Origin: an uncultured delta proteobacterium
GTDB lineage: Bacteria; Myxococcota; Myxococcia; Myxococcales; Anaeromyxobacteraceae
Assembly (NCBI GenBank): GCA_963814585.1
Contig: CAWFDF010000010.1
Coordinates: 136,394 to 200,393 of the forward strand
Reading direction: 5' to 3'
DNA: 64,000 nucleotides
A model generated the notes under the pieces. The model was not told the origin of the DNA and ran no database searches. It saw only the letters and a list, made by a program, of their open reading frames with translations. Position 1 is the stretch's first letter. Each line of letters opens with the position of its first letter. Position numbers and translations under genes: made by a program. Of the stretch, positions 20,791-35,323 are shown piece after piece.

Positions 20791-21584
20791 CGGTGGACCG
20801 GGCCGCCGCCCACGATGGCGGGACCGTGGACGCGCGCGAGGTGCACCGGCAGCTCCAGCTCTTCGACGGCCGCCACCTCGGCCGGGAGGAGCGGGTGGCG
20901 GGGGCGCGCCGGATCGCCGACGAGATGGCCGGCTCGCTGGGGGAGCCGGTCAAGCTCACCGTGCACGACAACCGCTCCACCATGGTCTCCTTCCGGCGTG
21001 TCGGCGGCGGCCTGCACGTTCGCCTGCACCACATGTTCCTCGAGGCGCCCGGCGAGGTGCTCCGGGCCCTGGCCGCCTTCGCCGGCACCGCCCGGGGCGC
21101 GACGGCGAGGCGCCGCGAGGCGAGCCGGCGCATCGACCGGTTCGTCCGCGACCGGCGGGACCGGATCGGCGCGCCGAGGGTGGGGCGGCTGCAGCCGCGC
21201 GGGCGGGCTCACGATCTCGGCGCCCTCTTCGACCGGCTCAACGCCAGCGAGTTCGGCGGCGCGGTGCAGGCGCGCATCGGATGGGGCGCGGTGCGGCCGG
21301 GGCGGCGCCGGCGCACCGTCAAGACCGGCGTCTACCTGCACGAGGCCCGGGCCATCCGCATCCACCCGACGCTGGACCGCCCCGAGGTGCCCGAGTTCTA
21401 CGTGGCGGCGGTGGTGTTCCACGAGATGCTCCACCAGGTGGTGCCGGTGCACGAGCGCAACGGCCGGCGGGTGGTCCACGGCGCCGAGTTCCGGCGCCGG
21501 GAGCGGGCCTACGCCGACTACCAGCGGTCGCGCGACTGGGAGAAGGCCCACCTCGGCCTGCTGCTCTCCTCGCCGGATCGCTGA
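20787..21584 (+). CDS. SprT-like zinc metalloprotease domain protein
   Basis: FHEMLH (HExxH), LFDRLN..F, HGAEFR; TTG start overlaps the rqcH stop (alternative GTG at 20826). Confidence 0.75.
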   Translation: MTVDRAAAHDGGTVDAREVHRQLQLFDGRHLGREERVAGARRIADEMAGSLGEPVKLTVHDNRSTMVSFRRVGGGLHVRLHHMFLEAPGEVLRALAAFAGTARGATARRREASRRIDRFVRDRRDRIGAPRVGRLQPRGRAHDLGALFDRLNASEFGGAVQARIGWGAVRPGRRRRTVKTGVYLHEARAIRIHPTLDRPEVPEFYVAAVVFHEMLHQVVPVHERNGRRVVHGAEFRRRERAYADYQRSRDWEKAHLGLLLSSPDR

Positions 21585-21659
21585 GCGTTCCGGCCGCGGG
21601 GAGCGGGTCCCCCGGGCCAGGTGCGGGCGTGGCCCCGGGGGGCATGGCATCATGCCTCG

Positions 21660-23612
21660 ATGCGACGCTGCGCCCCGCTCCTCCTGATCGCCGCCGCCGG
21701 GTGCCTGACGGCCCGCGGCACGGCCGACCAGCCGGTGATCACGACGGTCGAGCTGCGCGGCGTCCGGAGCGTCGACCGCTCGCAGCTCCGGGAGAAGCTG
21801 GCGACCCGCGCTTCCAGCTGTTTCATCACCTGCGACGTGGCCCACCTCGACCGGCACGAGCTGGCCGATGACGCGCTCCGCATCGCCGCCTTCTACAAGG
21901 AGCGCGGCCGCTACCTGACCGGGGTGCTGGAGCCGGAGGTCACCGACGACGGCGAGGGGCGGGTGCGGGTGCGGTTCGTGGTGAACGAGGGGCCGGAGGC
22001 GAAGGTGACGGGGCTCACCACGCCCGGGCTGGAGGCGGTGCCCGAGGCGGCCCGCGCCCTGGTCCGCCCCGCGCTGAGGGTCGGCTCCGTCTTCACCATG
22101 GAAGCCTACGACGGGATGCGCACGCAGCTGCTCGGCGCGCTCCGCTCCACCGGCTGGCCGCTGGCCGAGGTGAACCAGCGGGCACGCGTCCACCCGGACC
22201 TCCAGCGGGTCGACGTCACCTACGCCATCTCCCCGGGCCCCCGGCTCAGGTTCGGAGCGCTGCAGGTGACCGGCACGGCCCAGGTGCCGCCCGGCAAGGT
22301 GACGGAGCAGGCGACCCTGGAGCTGGAGCGAGGCGCCCTCTTCGACGAGCGCGCCCTGGTGCGCGCCCAGACCCGGGTCTTCAACCTGGGCGTCTTCGCC
22401 AGCGCCCGCATCGCCACCGGCCACCCCGACCTCGAGCGCGGGGAGGTGCCGCTGGTGATGAGCGTCCAGGAGGCTCCCTTCCAGACCCTGCGGGTCGGGC
22501 CGGGGATCGCCTTCCAGACCACCCGCTGGGAGGCGCAAGGCCTGGCCACCTACACCCACCGCAACTTCCTCGGCGACCTGCGCAAGCTCCAGGTCCACCT
22601 CCAGGCCGGCTACGCCTGGATCCCCACGCCGTTCAGCCCCGACCAGCAGGGCCTGGTCGGCCGGCTGACGGCCTCCCTCGACCAGCCGGGCACCTTCGGC
22701 CCGCGGGTCGACCTCGCCACCCAGGTGGGCGGGGAGCGATCCATCGAGCAAGGCTACGCCTACTGGGCGGTGCGGGCCCGGGTGGGGACGCCGCTGCGGC
22801 TCGCCAGCCGGTGGAGGCTCCTGCCCACCTACAACATCGAGAACTACTGGGTCGACGCCGGGTTCGACCCGGCCGACGGATCCACGCCGCCGCAGCTCCA
22901 GAACTGCAACGCCAGCCGGATCTGCCTGCTCTCCTACTTCGAGCAGCGGATCACCTGGGACGGGCGCGACGACCCGGTCGACACGCACCGCGGCCTGGCG
23001 GCGGGGTTGACGGTGCAGGAGGGGTTCCGGATCGGCTCCAACGGCTACGACTACCTGCGCGTGTCGCCCGAGGTGAGCTTCTACGTCCCGCTCGGCTGGC
23101 GGACCGTGCTGGCCGGCCGCCTCCGCGTCGGCGGGCTGGTGCCCATCAACGAGACCGGCCCCGCCTCCATCGTCGCCCTCTTCACCTCCGGCGGCTCCAC
23201 CACCGTCCGCGGCTACGGCACGCAGCGGCTCTCGCCCATGGTCCTGCAGGACGACCTGTGGGTGCCGACCGGCGGGAACGGGGTGGTGGAGCTCTCCCTG
23301 GAGCTCCGCCAGAAGCTGAGCGGGGCGCTCGGCGCGGTCTTCTTCGTGGACGTGGGCAACGTCTCGGAAGCCTCTGGCCAGCAGAAGGAGTGGCTGAATG
23401 CGCTCACCCTGTCGAAGCTCCAACCCACGGCCGGGCTGGGCCTGCGCTACCGCACGCCGTTCGGGCCGGTCCGGATCGACGTCGGGTTCCGCCTGCCCAC
23501 CGACCTCCGCCCCGACATCCCCTTCGAGGATCGCTTCCCGGCCGTTCCCGGCAGCTCCGGCCACAGCGAGCCGCTGATGGCGTTCCACCTGACCCTGGGC
23601 GAGGCCTACTGA
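21660..23612 (+). CDS. tamA: Omp85 family outer membrane protein, TamA/TamL-like
   Basis: POTRA-like region, SGGSTTVRGY, GLGLRYRTPFGPVRID, C-terminal LGEAY; N-terminal lipobox AAGC; directly upstream of tamB. Confidence 0.85.
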   Translation: MRRCAPLLLIAAAGCLTARGTADQPVITTVELRGVRSVDRSQLREKLATRASSCFITCDVAHLDRHELADDALRIAAFYKERGRYLTGVLEPEVTDDGEGRVRVRFVVNEGPEAKVTGLTTPGLEAVPEAARALVRPALRVGSVFTMEAYDGMRTQLLGALRSTGWPLAEVNQRARVHPDLQRVDVTYAISPGPRLRFGALQVTGTAQVPPGKVTEQATLELERGALFDERALVRAQTRVFNLGVFASARIATGHPDLERGEVPLVMSVQEAPFQTLRVGPGIAFQTTRWEAQGLATYTHRNFLGDLRKLQVHLQAGYAWIPTPFSPDQQGLVGRLTASLDQPGTFGPRVDLATQVGGERSIEQGYAYWAVRARVGTPLRLASRWRLLPTYNIENYWVDAGFDPADGSTPPQLQNCNASRICLLSYFEQRITWDGRDDPVDTHRGLAAGLTVQEGFRIGSNGYDYLRVSPEVSFYVPLGWRTVLAGRLRVGGLVPINETGPASIVALFTSGGSTTVRGYGTQRLSPMVLQDDLWVPTGGNGVVELSLELRQKLSGALGAVFFVDVGNVSEASGQQKEWLNALTLSKLQPTAGLGLRYRTPFGPVRIDVGFRLPTDLRPDIPFEDRFPAVPGSSGHSEPLMAFHLTLGEAY

Positions 23613-23614
23613 TC

Positions 23615-27952
<4,338 letters not shown>

Positions 27953-27975
<23 letters not shown>

Positions 27976-29119
27976 GCCGCGCCGCCGCGGCCTCCCGCCA
28001 GAGCGCGGCGGCGATCCAGGCGGCCAGCACCAGCCAGAGCCCGGTCCGGAGGAGCTCGCTCGGCTTCACCAGGGTCTCGACGAACCAGGGCTCCCAGTCG
28101 CGCGCCCGCACCTCGAACTCGAGGTGGTAGTCGGCCACCGAGGCGGCGGTGAGGGCGGCGAAGAGCCAGCCGGGCGCCGCCACCAGCGCTCCGGCCAGGA
28201 AGCCGTAGAGCGCGTACTGCGGGCTCCAGACCTTGTTGAGCGCGATCCAGCTCACCAGCACCAGGGCCGTGCCGAGGCGTGCGGCGCGCGCGGCGTCGCC
28301 ACCGCCCCGGCCACAGCGCCAGCAGCCGAGCAGGGCCAGCAGCCCGGTCAACGCCACCGGCCCGAGCGAGGCGAGGTCGAGCCAGCGGCCGCCCGGGCCG
28401 CCCAGGGCGTGCCACACCGAGTTCTCCGCGCCGCGGGCGGCGTTGAAGCGGAAGAACCAGCTCCAGCCGTCGAAGGCGAGGAGCGCCAGCGGCAGGTTGA
28501 CCGCCAGCAGCACGCCGGCGGCGGCGGCGCTCCAGCGCAGCAGCGGGCGCCGGCCCGAGACGGCCAGCGCGCCGAGGACGGCGGGGGCCAGCGCGGCCGG
28601 GAAGAGCTTGGCGGCGGTGCCGAGGCCGGCCAGCACGCCCGAGCCCGCCGTGCGGCCGCGCGAGAGGGCCAGCAGCGAGCCGGCGATGAGTGCGATGGGG
28701 ATGCAGGTCCCAGTTGAGGAAGGCGTAGTACGCCAGCGCCGGCGAGGCGGCCAGCCACCAGGGCCTGGCGCCGGGCAGGTGCGTGGAGGGCCCAGAGGGC
28801 GACCCCGAGGCAGGCCGTCAGGAGGAGCGCCGTGGCGGCCAGGTAGAGCGCCGGCCCGCCCGGCAGGAGGCTCGGGCAGCCAGAGCGCCAGGCCGAGGAG
28901 CGGCGGGTACTCGATCCGATCCTGGAGGTAGGGGAGCGGGTGGGCGCCGCCCAGGTAGCGCGGCGAGTAGAGGCTGAGGAGGTCGCTGTAGCTGTGGTGC
29001 TCGAAGGCCCAGCGCCAGTAGTCGGGCCCGACCGCGCCGAGGCCGCGGGCCACGTTGGCGAGCCCGAGCGCCAGCCAGAGCAGGCACAGGGCGGCGACGG
29101 CGAGGCGGGGGCGGCTCAC
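27953..29119 (-). CDS. glycosyltransferase family 87 / DUF2029-like polytopic membrane protein, three compensating +1 insertions near 28700-28875
   Basis: YSD, IEYPPL, (N)WDL, GTAAKLFP, NKVWSPQY motifs; the garbled middle reads as TM helices after removing three single bases. Confidence 0.75.
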
Positions 29120-29173
29120 GCGGCGGGACGCTAGCACGCGTCCCGGTGAGCCGGGGTAGCATGGCCGGCACCG

Positions 29174-29803
29174 ATGATCTCGCTCGAGGAGGTCACCAGC
29201 GCGCTCCAGCGCGCCGTCGACATGACCGGCCCCCTCGCGCCGTTCCTGCTCTTCGGCGCTGCCTTCATCGAGTACGTCTTCCCGCCCTTCCCGGGCGACC
29301 TGCTGGTGGTGCTGGGGGCGTGGTACGCGGTGCACGGTGAGCTCTCCTGGCCGGTGGTCTTCGCCGCGGTGACCGGCGGCGCGGTCGCCGGGGCGTGGGT
29401 GGACCACCGGCTCGGCGCCTGGCTCGGCCAGCGGCTGGAGCACAGCCCGGTCGCGGCCAGGGTGCTCAGCCGGGAGCGGCTGGCCCGGTTCGAGGCGGCC
29501 TACCGGCGGTGGGGCTCGTGGCTGCTGCTCCTCAACCGCTTCTTCCCCGGCGTGCGAGGCTTCCTCTTCCTCGCCGCCGGCGCCTCGGGCATCCCGCTGG
29601 CGCGGACGCTGCTCCTCGGGGGGCTCTCGGCGGCCGTCTGGAACGGGCTGCTGCTGGCGGCCGGCGCGCTGGTGGCCACCAACCTCGGCGAGCTGGTGAC
29701 GCTGGTGGACCGCTACATGCGGACGGCCGGAGCGCTCCTCGTGGTGGCGGCCGGCATCGCCCTGGCGCGGGTGCTCTGGAGGCGCCGGCGCCGGGGGCCG
29801 TGA
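29174..29803 (+). CDS. DedA family membrane protein
   Basis: IEYVFPPFPGD, RWG..LLLLNRFFPGVR, AGASG. Confidence 0.9.
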   Translation: MISLEEVTSALQRAVDMTGPLAPFLLFGAAFIEYVFPPFPGDLLVVLGAWYAVHGELSWPVVFAAVTGGAVAGAWVDHRLGAWLGQRLEHSPVAARVLSRERLARFEAAYRRWGSWLLLLNRFFPGVRGFLFLAAGASGIPLARTLLLGGLSAAVWNGLLLAAGALVATNLGELVTLVDRYMRTAGALLVVAAGIALARVLWRRRRRGP

Positions 29804-29838
29804 CCGGAGCGGCACGGGCGCTCGCCGCGACGAGTCGT

Positions 29839-30996
29839 TCAGGTGGCCTGGCCGGCCAGGTAGCGCAGCAGCGCCTGGGCCTTCGGCACCAGCGAGCCGA
29901 GCTCCACCCGCTCGTCCCGGGTGTGGTACCCGGAGCCTCGCGGCCCGAGCCCGTCGATCGACGGGACGCCGATGGCGCCGGTGGTGCAGGCGTCGGAGCC
30001 GCCGCCGACCAGGGGCGCCTCGCCGGAGCCGAGGCCGCTCTGCCGCTGGCAGGCGCCGTAGGCCTCCGCCAGCGCCGCCGACGCCGGCGTCCTCTCCAGC
30101 GGCGCGCGCCAGGAGGTGGGCTCGAGCTCGAGCCGCGTCCCCTCCACCGCCGCCTCCAGGCAGGCCGCCCGCAGGGCCTCCACCAGCCGCTCGCCGTCGG
30201 CCTCGGTGAGGAAGCGCAGGTCCACCTCGCACTCGGCCCGCTCCGGGACGGTGTTCTTGCTGGTGCCGCCGCGGATCGTGCCGACGCTGACGGTGAGGCC
30301 GCGCTCCCGCACCGTCAGCCGCTGCGCCCGATCGACGAAGCGGGCCAGCGCCCAGATGGCGTTCCTCCCCTTCTCGGGCTCGTTGCCGGCATGGGCGGCG
30401 ACGCCGTGGGCGGTGACGCGCACGGCGGCGGTCCCCTTGCGCCGCGTCACCAGCACGTCGCCCGCGCGCCCCGACTCGAAGACCAGGGCGGCCCGGGCCC
30501 CGGCCGCCAGCCGCCGCAGGTGCGGCTGGGACGACGGCGAGCCCACCTCCTCGTCGGAGACCAGGAGCCCCGCGATCGGCACGCGGGCCACCAGCCCGGC
30601 GCGATGGGCCGCGGCCAGGCCGAACAGCATCACCGCCAGGCCGCCCTTCATGTCGAAGGCGCCCGGCCCGTGGCCGTGGTCGCCCTCGACGCGCCAGCCG
30701 GAGAAGCTGCCGGGTGGGAAGACCGTGTCGGTGTGGCCGACGAGGAAGGTGGGCGCGCCGGGGCACGGGCCGCGGAAGGCCAGGTGCGGCCCGAAGGGCG
30801 GCGCGGCGATCCGCTCGGTGGCGAGCCCCAGCGCCGAGAGCTCCGGCTCCAGCAGCCCCACCACCTGCTCGACGCCGGCCGCGTCGCCGCTATGAGAGTC
30901 GAGGAGGACCAGCTCCGCCACCAGCGCCTCCAGCGCCCCGCGCTGCAGGTCGAGCCAGGCGAGGGACTGGGAGACGGAAGCGAAGGTGCTGTCCAT
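29839..30996 (-). CDS. M20 family metallopeptidase (carboxypeptidase G2/ArgE-like)
   Basis: GHTDTVF, GPGAFDMKGG, SDEEVGS, AHAG, GGGSD, YHT. Confidence 0.9.
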   Translation of the reverse strand: MDSTFASVSQSLAWLDLQRGALEALVAELVLLDSHSGDAAGVEQVVGLLEPELSALGLATERIAAPPFGPHLAFRGPCPGAPTFLVGHTDTVFPPGSFSGWRVEGDHGHGPGAFDMKGGLAVMLFGLAAAHRAGLVARVPIAGLLVSDEEVGSPSSQPHLRRLAAGARAALVFESGRAGDVLVTRRKGTAAVRVTAHGVAAHAGNEPEKGRNAIWALARFVDRAQRLTVRERGLTVSVGTIRGGTSKNTVPERAECEVDLRFLTEADGERLVEALRAACLEAAVEGTRLELEPTSWRAPLERTPASAALAEAYGACQRQSGLGSGEAPLVGGGSDACTTGAIGVPSIDGLGPRGSGYHTRDERVELGSLVPKAQALLRYLAGQAT

Positions 30997-31022
30997 TCAG
31001 CGGTCCGGTATAAGTGCCTTCC

Positions 31023-32094
31023 ATGGCCACGGGCAAGCGCTACCGGGCCGCGGTGATCGGCGGCTCCGGCTACGGCGGCGCCGAGCTGATCCGCCGGCTC
31101 CTCATCCACCCCGACGTCGAGCTGGTCCGCGTGGCCTCGGTCGACTTCGTCGGCGAGCCGCTCTCGGCGGCCGACCCGGCGCTGGAGCAGGTGACCGAGC
31201 TGCGCTTCGAAGGGGATGGCGCCCGCCGAGGCGGCGCGCGGCGTCGACGTGGTGCTGCTCGGCCTGCCCCACACCGTGGCGGCGGCCAAGGTGCCCGAGC
31301 TGGCGGCGATCCCCGGCCGTGAAGGATCGTCGACATGAGCGGCGACTTCCGCCTCAAGGACGTGGCGGCCTACCAGCGCTGGTACCGGCACCAGCACCCC
31401 TGCCCGGCGCTGGTCGCCGACTTCGTCTACGGCCTGCCGGAGCTGAACCGGGAGCGGCATCGCGCGGCGCCCGCCTCGTCGCCTCGCCCGGCTGCTTCGC
31501 CACCACCATCGAGCTCGTGCTCCTGCCGCTGGCCCGGGCCGGGCTGCTCTCCGGCGTGGTCCACGTGCAGGGGATCACCGGCTCGTCGGGCTCGGGCGTG
31601 GCGCCCTCGGCGGGGACGCACCACCCGGTCCGCGCCGGCAACCTGAAGACCTACAAGCCGCTCGAGCACCAGCACGTGCCGGAGGTCGACCGAGACGCTC
31701 ACCCAGGCCGGCGGCGCGCGACCTGCAGCTCCGCTTCGTGCCGGTCTCGGCGCCGCTGGCGCGCGGCATCTTCGCCACCGGCTTCGTCGAGCTGCCCGAG
31801 ACGTGGACGCAGGAGCGGCTCGACGCCCTCTACCGGGAGCAGTACGCCGGCGAGCCGTTCGTGCGCGTGCCCCGGAGGCGGCTGCCGGAGGTGGCGGCCG
31901 TCTCGGGCTCCAACTACGCCGAGGTCGGGGTGGTGGCCGGCGCCGCGCACCGGGGCACGCGCACCGTCACGCTCCTCGGCGCCCTCGACAACCTGGTCAA
32001 GGGTGGTGCCGGCCAGGCCATCCAGAACATGAACATCATCCTCGGGCTCGACGAGCGGGCCTCGCTGGCCGACCCGGGGCCGTGGCCGCCATGA
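31023..32094 (+). CDS. argC: N-acetyl-gamma-glutamyl-phosphate reductase, about 7 apparent single-base insertions
   Basis: GGSGYGGAELIR, DMSGDFRL, VYGLPELN, ASPGCFAT, DNLVKGGAGQAIQNMN spread over three frames. Confidence 0.9.
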
Positions 32095-32907
32095 AGACCA
32101 TCGTCATCAAGCTGGGCGGGGAGATCGTCCAGTCCCCGGAGCTCGACCTCATCGCCGCCGACCTGCAGGACCCTGGTGGACGGGTGGCACCGCGTGGTGA
32201 TCGTCCACGGCGGCGGGCCACAGGCCAGCTCGCTGCAGAAGCGGCTCGGCCTGGAGACCCGGATGATCGCCGGCCGGCGCTACACCGACGCGTCCACCCT
32301 CGACGTCATGAAGTACGTGCTGGCCGGCCAGCTCAACGTCGACCTCTGCGCCCGGCTGCTGTCGCGTGGCGTGATGCCGGTGGGGCTGCACGGGGCCTCT
32401 GGCCACGTGGTGCAGGCGGTCCGCCGGCCGCCCAGGGTGATGCAGGGCGCCGGCCCGGAGCCGGTCGATCTCGGGCTGGTCGGCGACGTGACCGGCTTCA
32501 ACCTGGCGCTGCTCGGCGACCTGTGGGAGCGCCGCTACGTGCCGGTCATCGCCTGCCTGGGCTGCGACCGGAGCGGGCAGGTGCTCAACATCAACGGCGA
32601 CACGGTGGCGAGCCAGCTGGCCGGCGCGCTGAAGGCCGACGCGCTGGTGCTGGTCACCTCCACGCCTGGCGTGCTGCGCGACGTGAAGGACCCGTCGAGC
32701 CGGCTGCCGCGGATCGGCCTGACCGAGTTCGAGCGGCTGGTGAAGGACGGGACCATCTCCGGCGGCATGATCCCCAAGCTGGAGGAGTCGTTCGCCATCC
32801 TCGCCGGCGGCGCCCGGAGCGTGGTCGTCATCGGCGCGCTCGGGCCCGGCGACCTGGCCCGGGCGGTGCTGGAGCCGGGGAGCGCCGGCACCGTGCTGGA
32901 GCCGTAG
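32091..32907 (+). CDS. argB: acetylglutamate kinase, one apparent +1 frameshift near 32167
   Basis: MKTIVIKLGG, VHGGGPQ, DLGLVG, NINGD, SGGMIPKL. Confidence 0.92.
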
Positions 32908-33049
32908 CGGCGCCGGGGCCCGTCCCCCGCCGCCGCGGCGGAGGCGCCGCCGCGGACGCCGCTCCCGCGGAGGAATCGTCGCGCCCCCCGCCGCGGGCCT
33001 ATCCCGGCCGCGGCCCCGGACGCAGGATGGCGCCCGGGGGAGGCCCGCC

Positions 33050-34294
33050 ATGTCCGAACGCCGGACGCCGTCGCCGCAGACGCTCATCTTCGAGAAGGGG
33101 TACGACCCGCAGCGGTCGGAGGGCGCGGCCGTGCCGCCGGTCTTCCGCACCTCCACCTTCATCTTCAAGAAGGCCATCGAGGGGAAGCGGGCCTTCGAGC
33201 TGGCCTACGGGCTCCGGCAGCGCGAGCAGGGGGAGAGCCCGGCGCTCATCTACACGCGGGTCAACAACCCCAACAGCGAGATCCTCGAGGACCGGGTGAC
33301 GGCCTGGGACGGCGCCGAGGCCGCGGCGCTCTTCTCCTCCGGCATGGGGGCCATCTCCAGCACCTGCCTCACGCTGCTCCGGCCCGGCGACACCATCCTC
33401 TTCTCGGATCCCATCTACGGCGGCACCGAGTACCTGTTCCGCAAGCTGCTCCCCGAGTTCGGCGTCCGCACCGTGCCGTTCCCGGCCCGCGCCGGCGAGC
33501 CCGAGCTGGCCGCGCTGGCGGCGGCGAACCCGGGAACGCGGGTCATCTTCCTCGAGTCCCCCGCCAACCCGACCATGGAGCTGTGCGACGTGCCGGCGGC
33601 GCGGCGGGTGGCCGACTCGCTCTCCACCGCGGGGCGGCCGGTGCTGGTGCTCATCGACAACACCTTCCTCGGTCCCATCTTCTCGCAGCCGCTCCGCCAC
33701 GGGGCCGACGTGGTGCTCTACTCGGCCACCAAGTTCTTCGGCGGCCACTCGGACCTGGTGGCCGGCCTGGCCATGGGGCCGGCCTCGATCATCGACCAGG
33801 TGCGCGCCACCCGGACCATCCTCGGCTCGATGTCGGATCCCGACACCGCCTGGCTCATCCACCGGTCGATCGGCACGCTGCAGCTCCGCATGGAGCAGCA
33901 GCAGGCCAACACGGCCCGGCTGGTGAAGCTCCTGCAGGGGCACCCCAAGGTGACGCGGGTCTGCTACCCCGGGCTGCCGGAGATGGGGGAGCGCCAGGTG
34001 GCGCTCTGGAGGGAGCAGTGCACCGGCGCCGGCAGCCTGGTGAGCTTCGACGTGAAGGGCGGCGAGGCCGAAGCCTACCGGGTGCTCGACGCCGTGGAGC
34101 ACATGCGGCTGGCGGTGAGCCTGGGTGGCATCGAGACCCTGGTGGAGCACCCGTGGTCGATGACCCACGCCGACATGACGCCGGAGCAGAAGCTGCACGC
34201 CGGCTTCGGGCCGGCCATGATCCGGCTCTCGGTGGGGCTGGAGGATCCGGCCGACCTGGCCGACGACCTGGAGCGGGCTCTCGAGAAGGTGTGA
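33050..34294 (+). CDS. PLP-dependent trans-sulfuration enzyme (methionine gamma-lyase / cystathionine gamma-synthase family)
   Basis: YTRVNNP, FSSGMGAI, ESPANPT, DNTF, YSATKFFGGHSD, AVSLGG, IRLSVGLED. Confidence 0.92.
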   Translation: MSERRTPSPQTLIFEKGYDPQRSEGAAVPPVFRTSTFIFKKAIEGKRAFELAYGLRQREQGESPALIYTRVNNPNSEILEDRVTAWDGAEAAALFSSGMGAISSTCLTLLRPGDTILFSDPIYGGTEYLFRKLLPEFGVRTVPFPARAGEPELAALAAANPGTRVIFLESPANPTMELCDVPAARRVADSLSTAGRPVLVLIDNTFLGPIFSQPLRHGADVVLYSATKFFGGHSDLVAGLAMGPASIIDQVRATRTILGSMSDPDTAWLIHRSIGTLQLRMEQQQANTARLVKLLQGHPKVTRVCYPGLPEMGERQVALWREQCTGAGSLVSFDVKGGEAEAYRVLDAVEHMRLAVSLGGIETLVEHPWSMTHADMTPEQKLHAGFGPAMIRLSVGLEDPADLADDLERALEKV

Positions 34295-34321
34295 TGGCGC
34301 CGCCTGCCGGCGGCGGCGGGG

Positions 34322-35179
34322 CTAGAAGTGGTACATGGCCGCGACGGCGCCGGAGAAGATCGACCACGGCTCGTTGCCGCGCAGGGTGGAGAAGCCCCAG
34401 CTGCGCGTCGAGCGCTCGATCGCCCCGACGCTCGAGCTGACGCTGTCGTAGTTGAACCTCGCCCCCAGGCTGGCCTCGATGGCCAGCTGGGGGAGGCCGA
34501 TGAAGCCGAAGAAGATCTCGAAGCCGGCCCGGGCGCCCACCCGCGCCGACCAGCCGTCGTAGGTGGTGATGACGGTGCCGGTGAGGGCCGGGATGGTCTC
34601 CTTGGCCCAGATGACGTCCACCTCCGGGACCAGCTCGAAGACGGCGTGCTTGTGGAGGGTGATGGCCAGCGGCAGGCCGGCGTGGAGGCCGAAGCCGCTG
34701 GTGGAGGGCCCGTCGCTGGTGGTGAGCGTCCCGGTCTGCGGCTGGGTGATGCTGCTGCGGGTGTAGTTGAGCCCGACGCCGAGGTCGAGGCCCCAGTTCC
34801 GGAAGGGTCCGAGCGGCGCGGTGGTCCAGCGGCGAAGGCCGAGCGTGTAGATGGTGAGCGGGATGGGGGCGGCGCCGCCGGTGTTGGGGAACTCGAAGGG
34901 CTGGGTGTTGAAGACCACCAGCGCCCAGGTGCCCATGGCCCTCGCTCCATCGCCGTCGTCGCGCGCGGCGGCCCGGGCCGGCGCGGGCGGGGGAGGAGGG
35001 AGTGGGACGGGAGCGGCAGCGACGGCAGGAGCGGGGGCGGGGGCGGCGGCGGGAGCGGCGGGGGCGGGCGCCGCGGGAGCGGGCGCCGGAGGGGTCCGCT
35101 TCACCTGGGCCTGGGCAGCGGCGGCGGCGGCGAGCGACAGCGCTGCGGCGACGGATCGGACGATGGGCGACAGGTGCAT
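34322..35179 (-). CDS. predicted outer membrane beta-barrel protein with Pro/Ala-rich linker
   Basis: Signal peptide ending AQA, PAPAAP linker, alternating beta strands, C-terminal YHF. Confidence 0.7.
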   Translation of the reverse strand: MHLSPIVRSVAAALSLAAAAAAQAQVKRTPPAPAPAAPAPAAPAAAPAPAPAVAAAPVPLPPPPPAPARAAARDDGDGARAMGTWALVVFNTQPFEFPNTGGAAPIPLTIYTLGLRRWTTAPLGPFRNWGLDLGVGLNYTRSSITQPQTGTLTTSDGPSTSGFGLHAGLPLAITLHKHAVFELVPEVDVIWAKETIPALTGTVITTYDGWSARVGARAGFEIFFGFIGLPQLAIEASLGARFNYDSVSSSVGAIERSTRSWGFSTLRGNEPWSIFSGAVAAMYHF

Positions 35180-35323
35180 GCCGGGCCTCCGTGAAGTTGA
35201 ACGGGACAATCTGTCGTCGCCATCGCGGCGCCGCAAGGGAGTGGAAGTGGGCGGAGGTGCGCGGATTCCTCATCGTCCAGGGAGGCCACCCCATGGAGGT
35301 TCCGCGTTCGACGTGGCCCGGGC

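Noticed and set aside
31023..32907. argC/argB as true pseudogenes, or as LysW-pathway lysY/lysZ
   Set aside because: The indel pattern fits sequencing error, and no lysW or lysX is present in the window
32908..33049. GC-rich hairpins between argB and the trans-sulfuration gene
   Set aside because: Nearly pure G/C sequence makes such stems likely by chance; no U-tract or known motif
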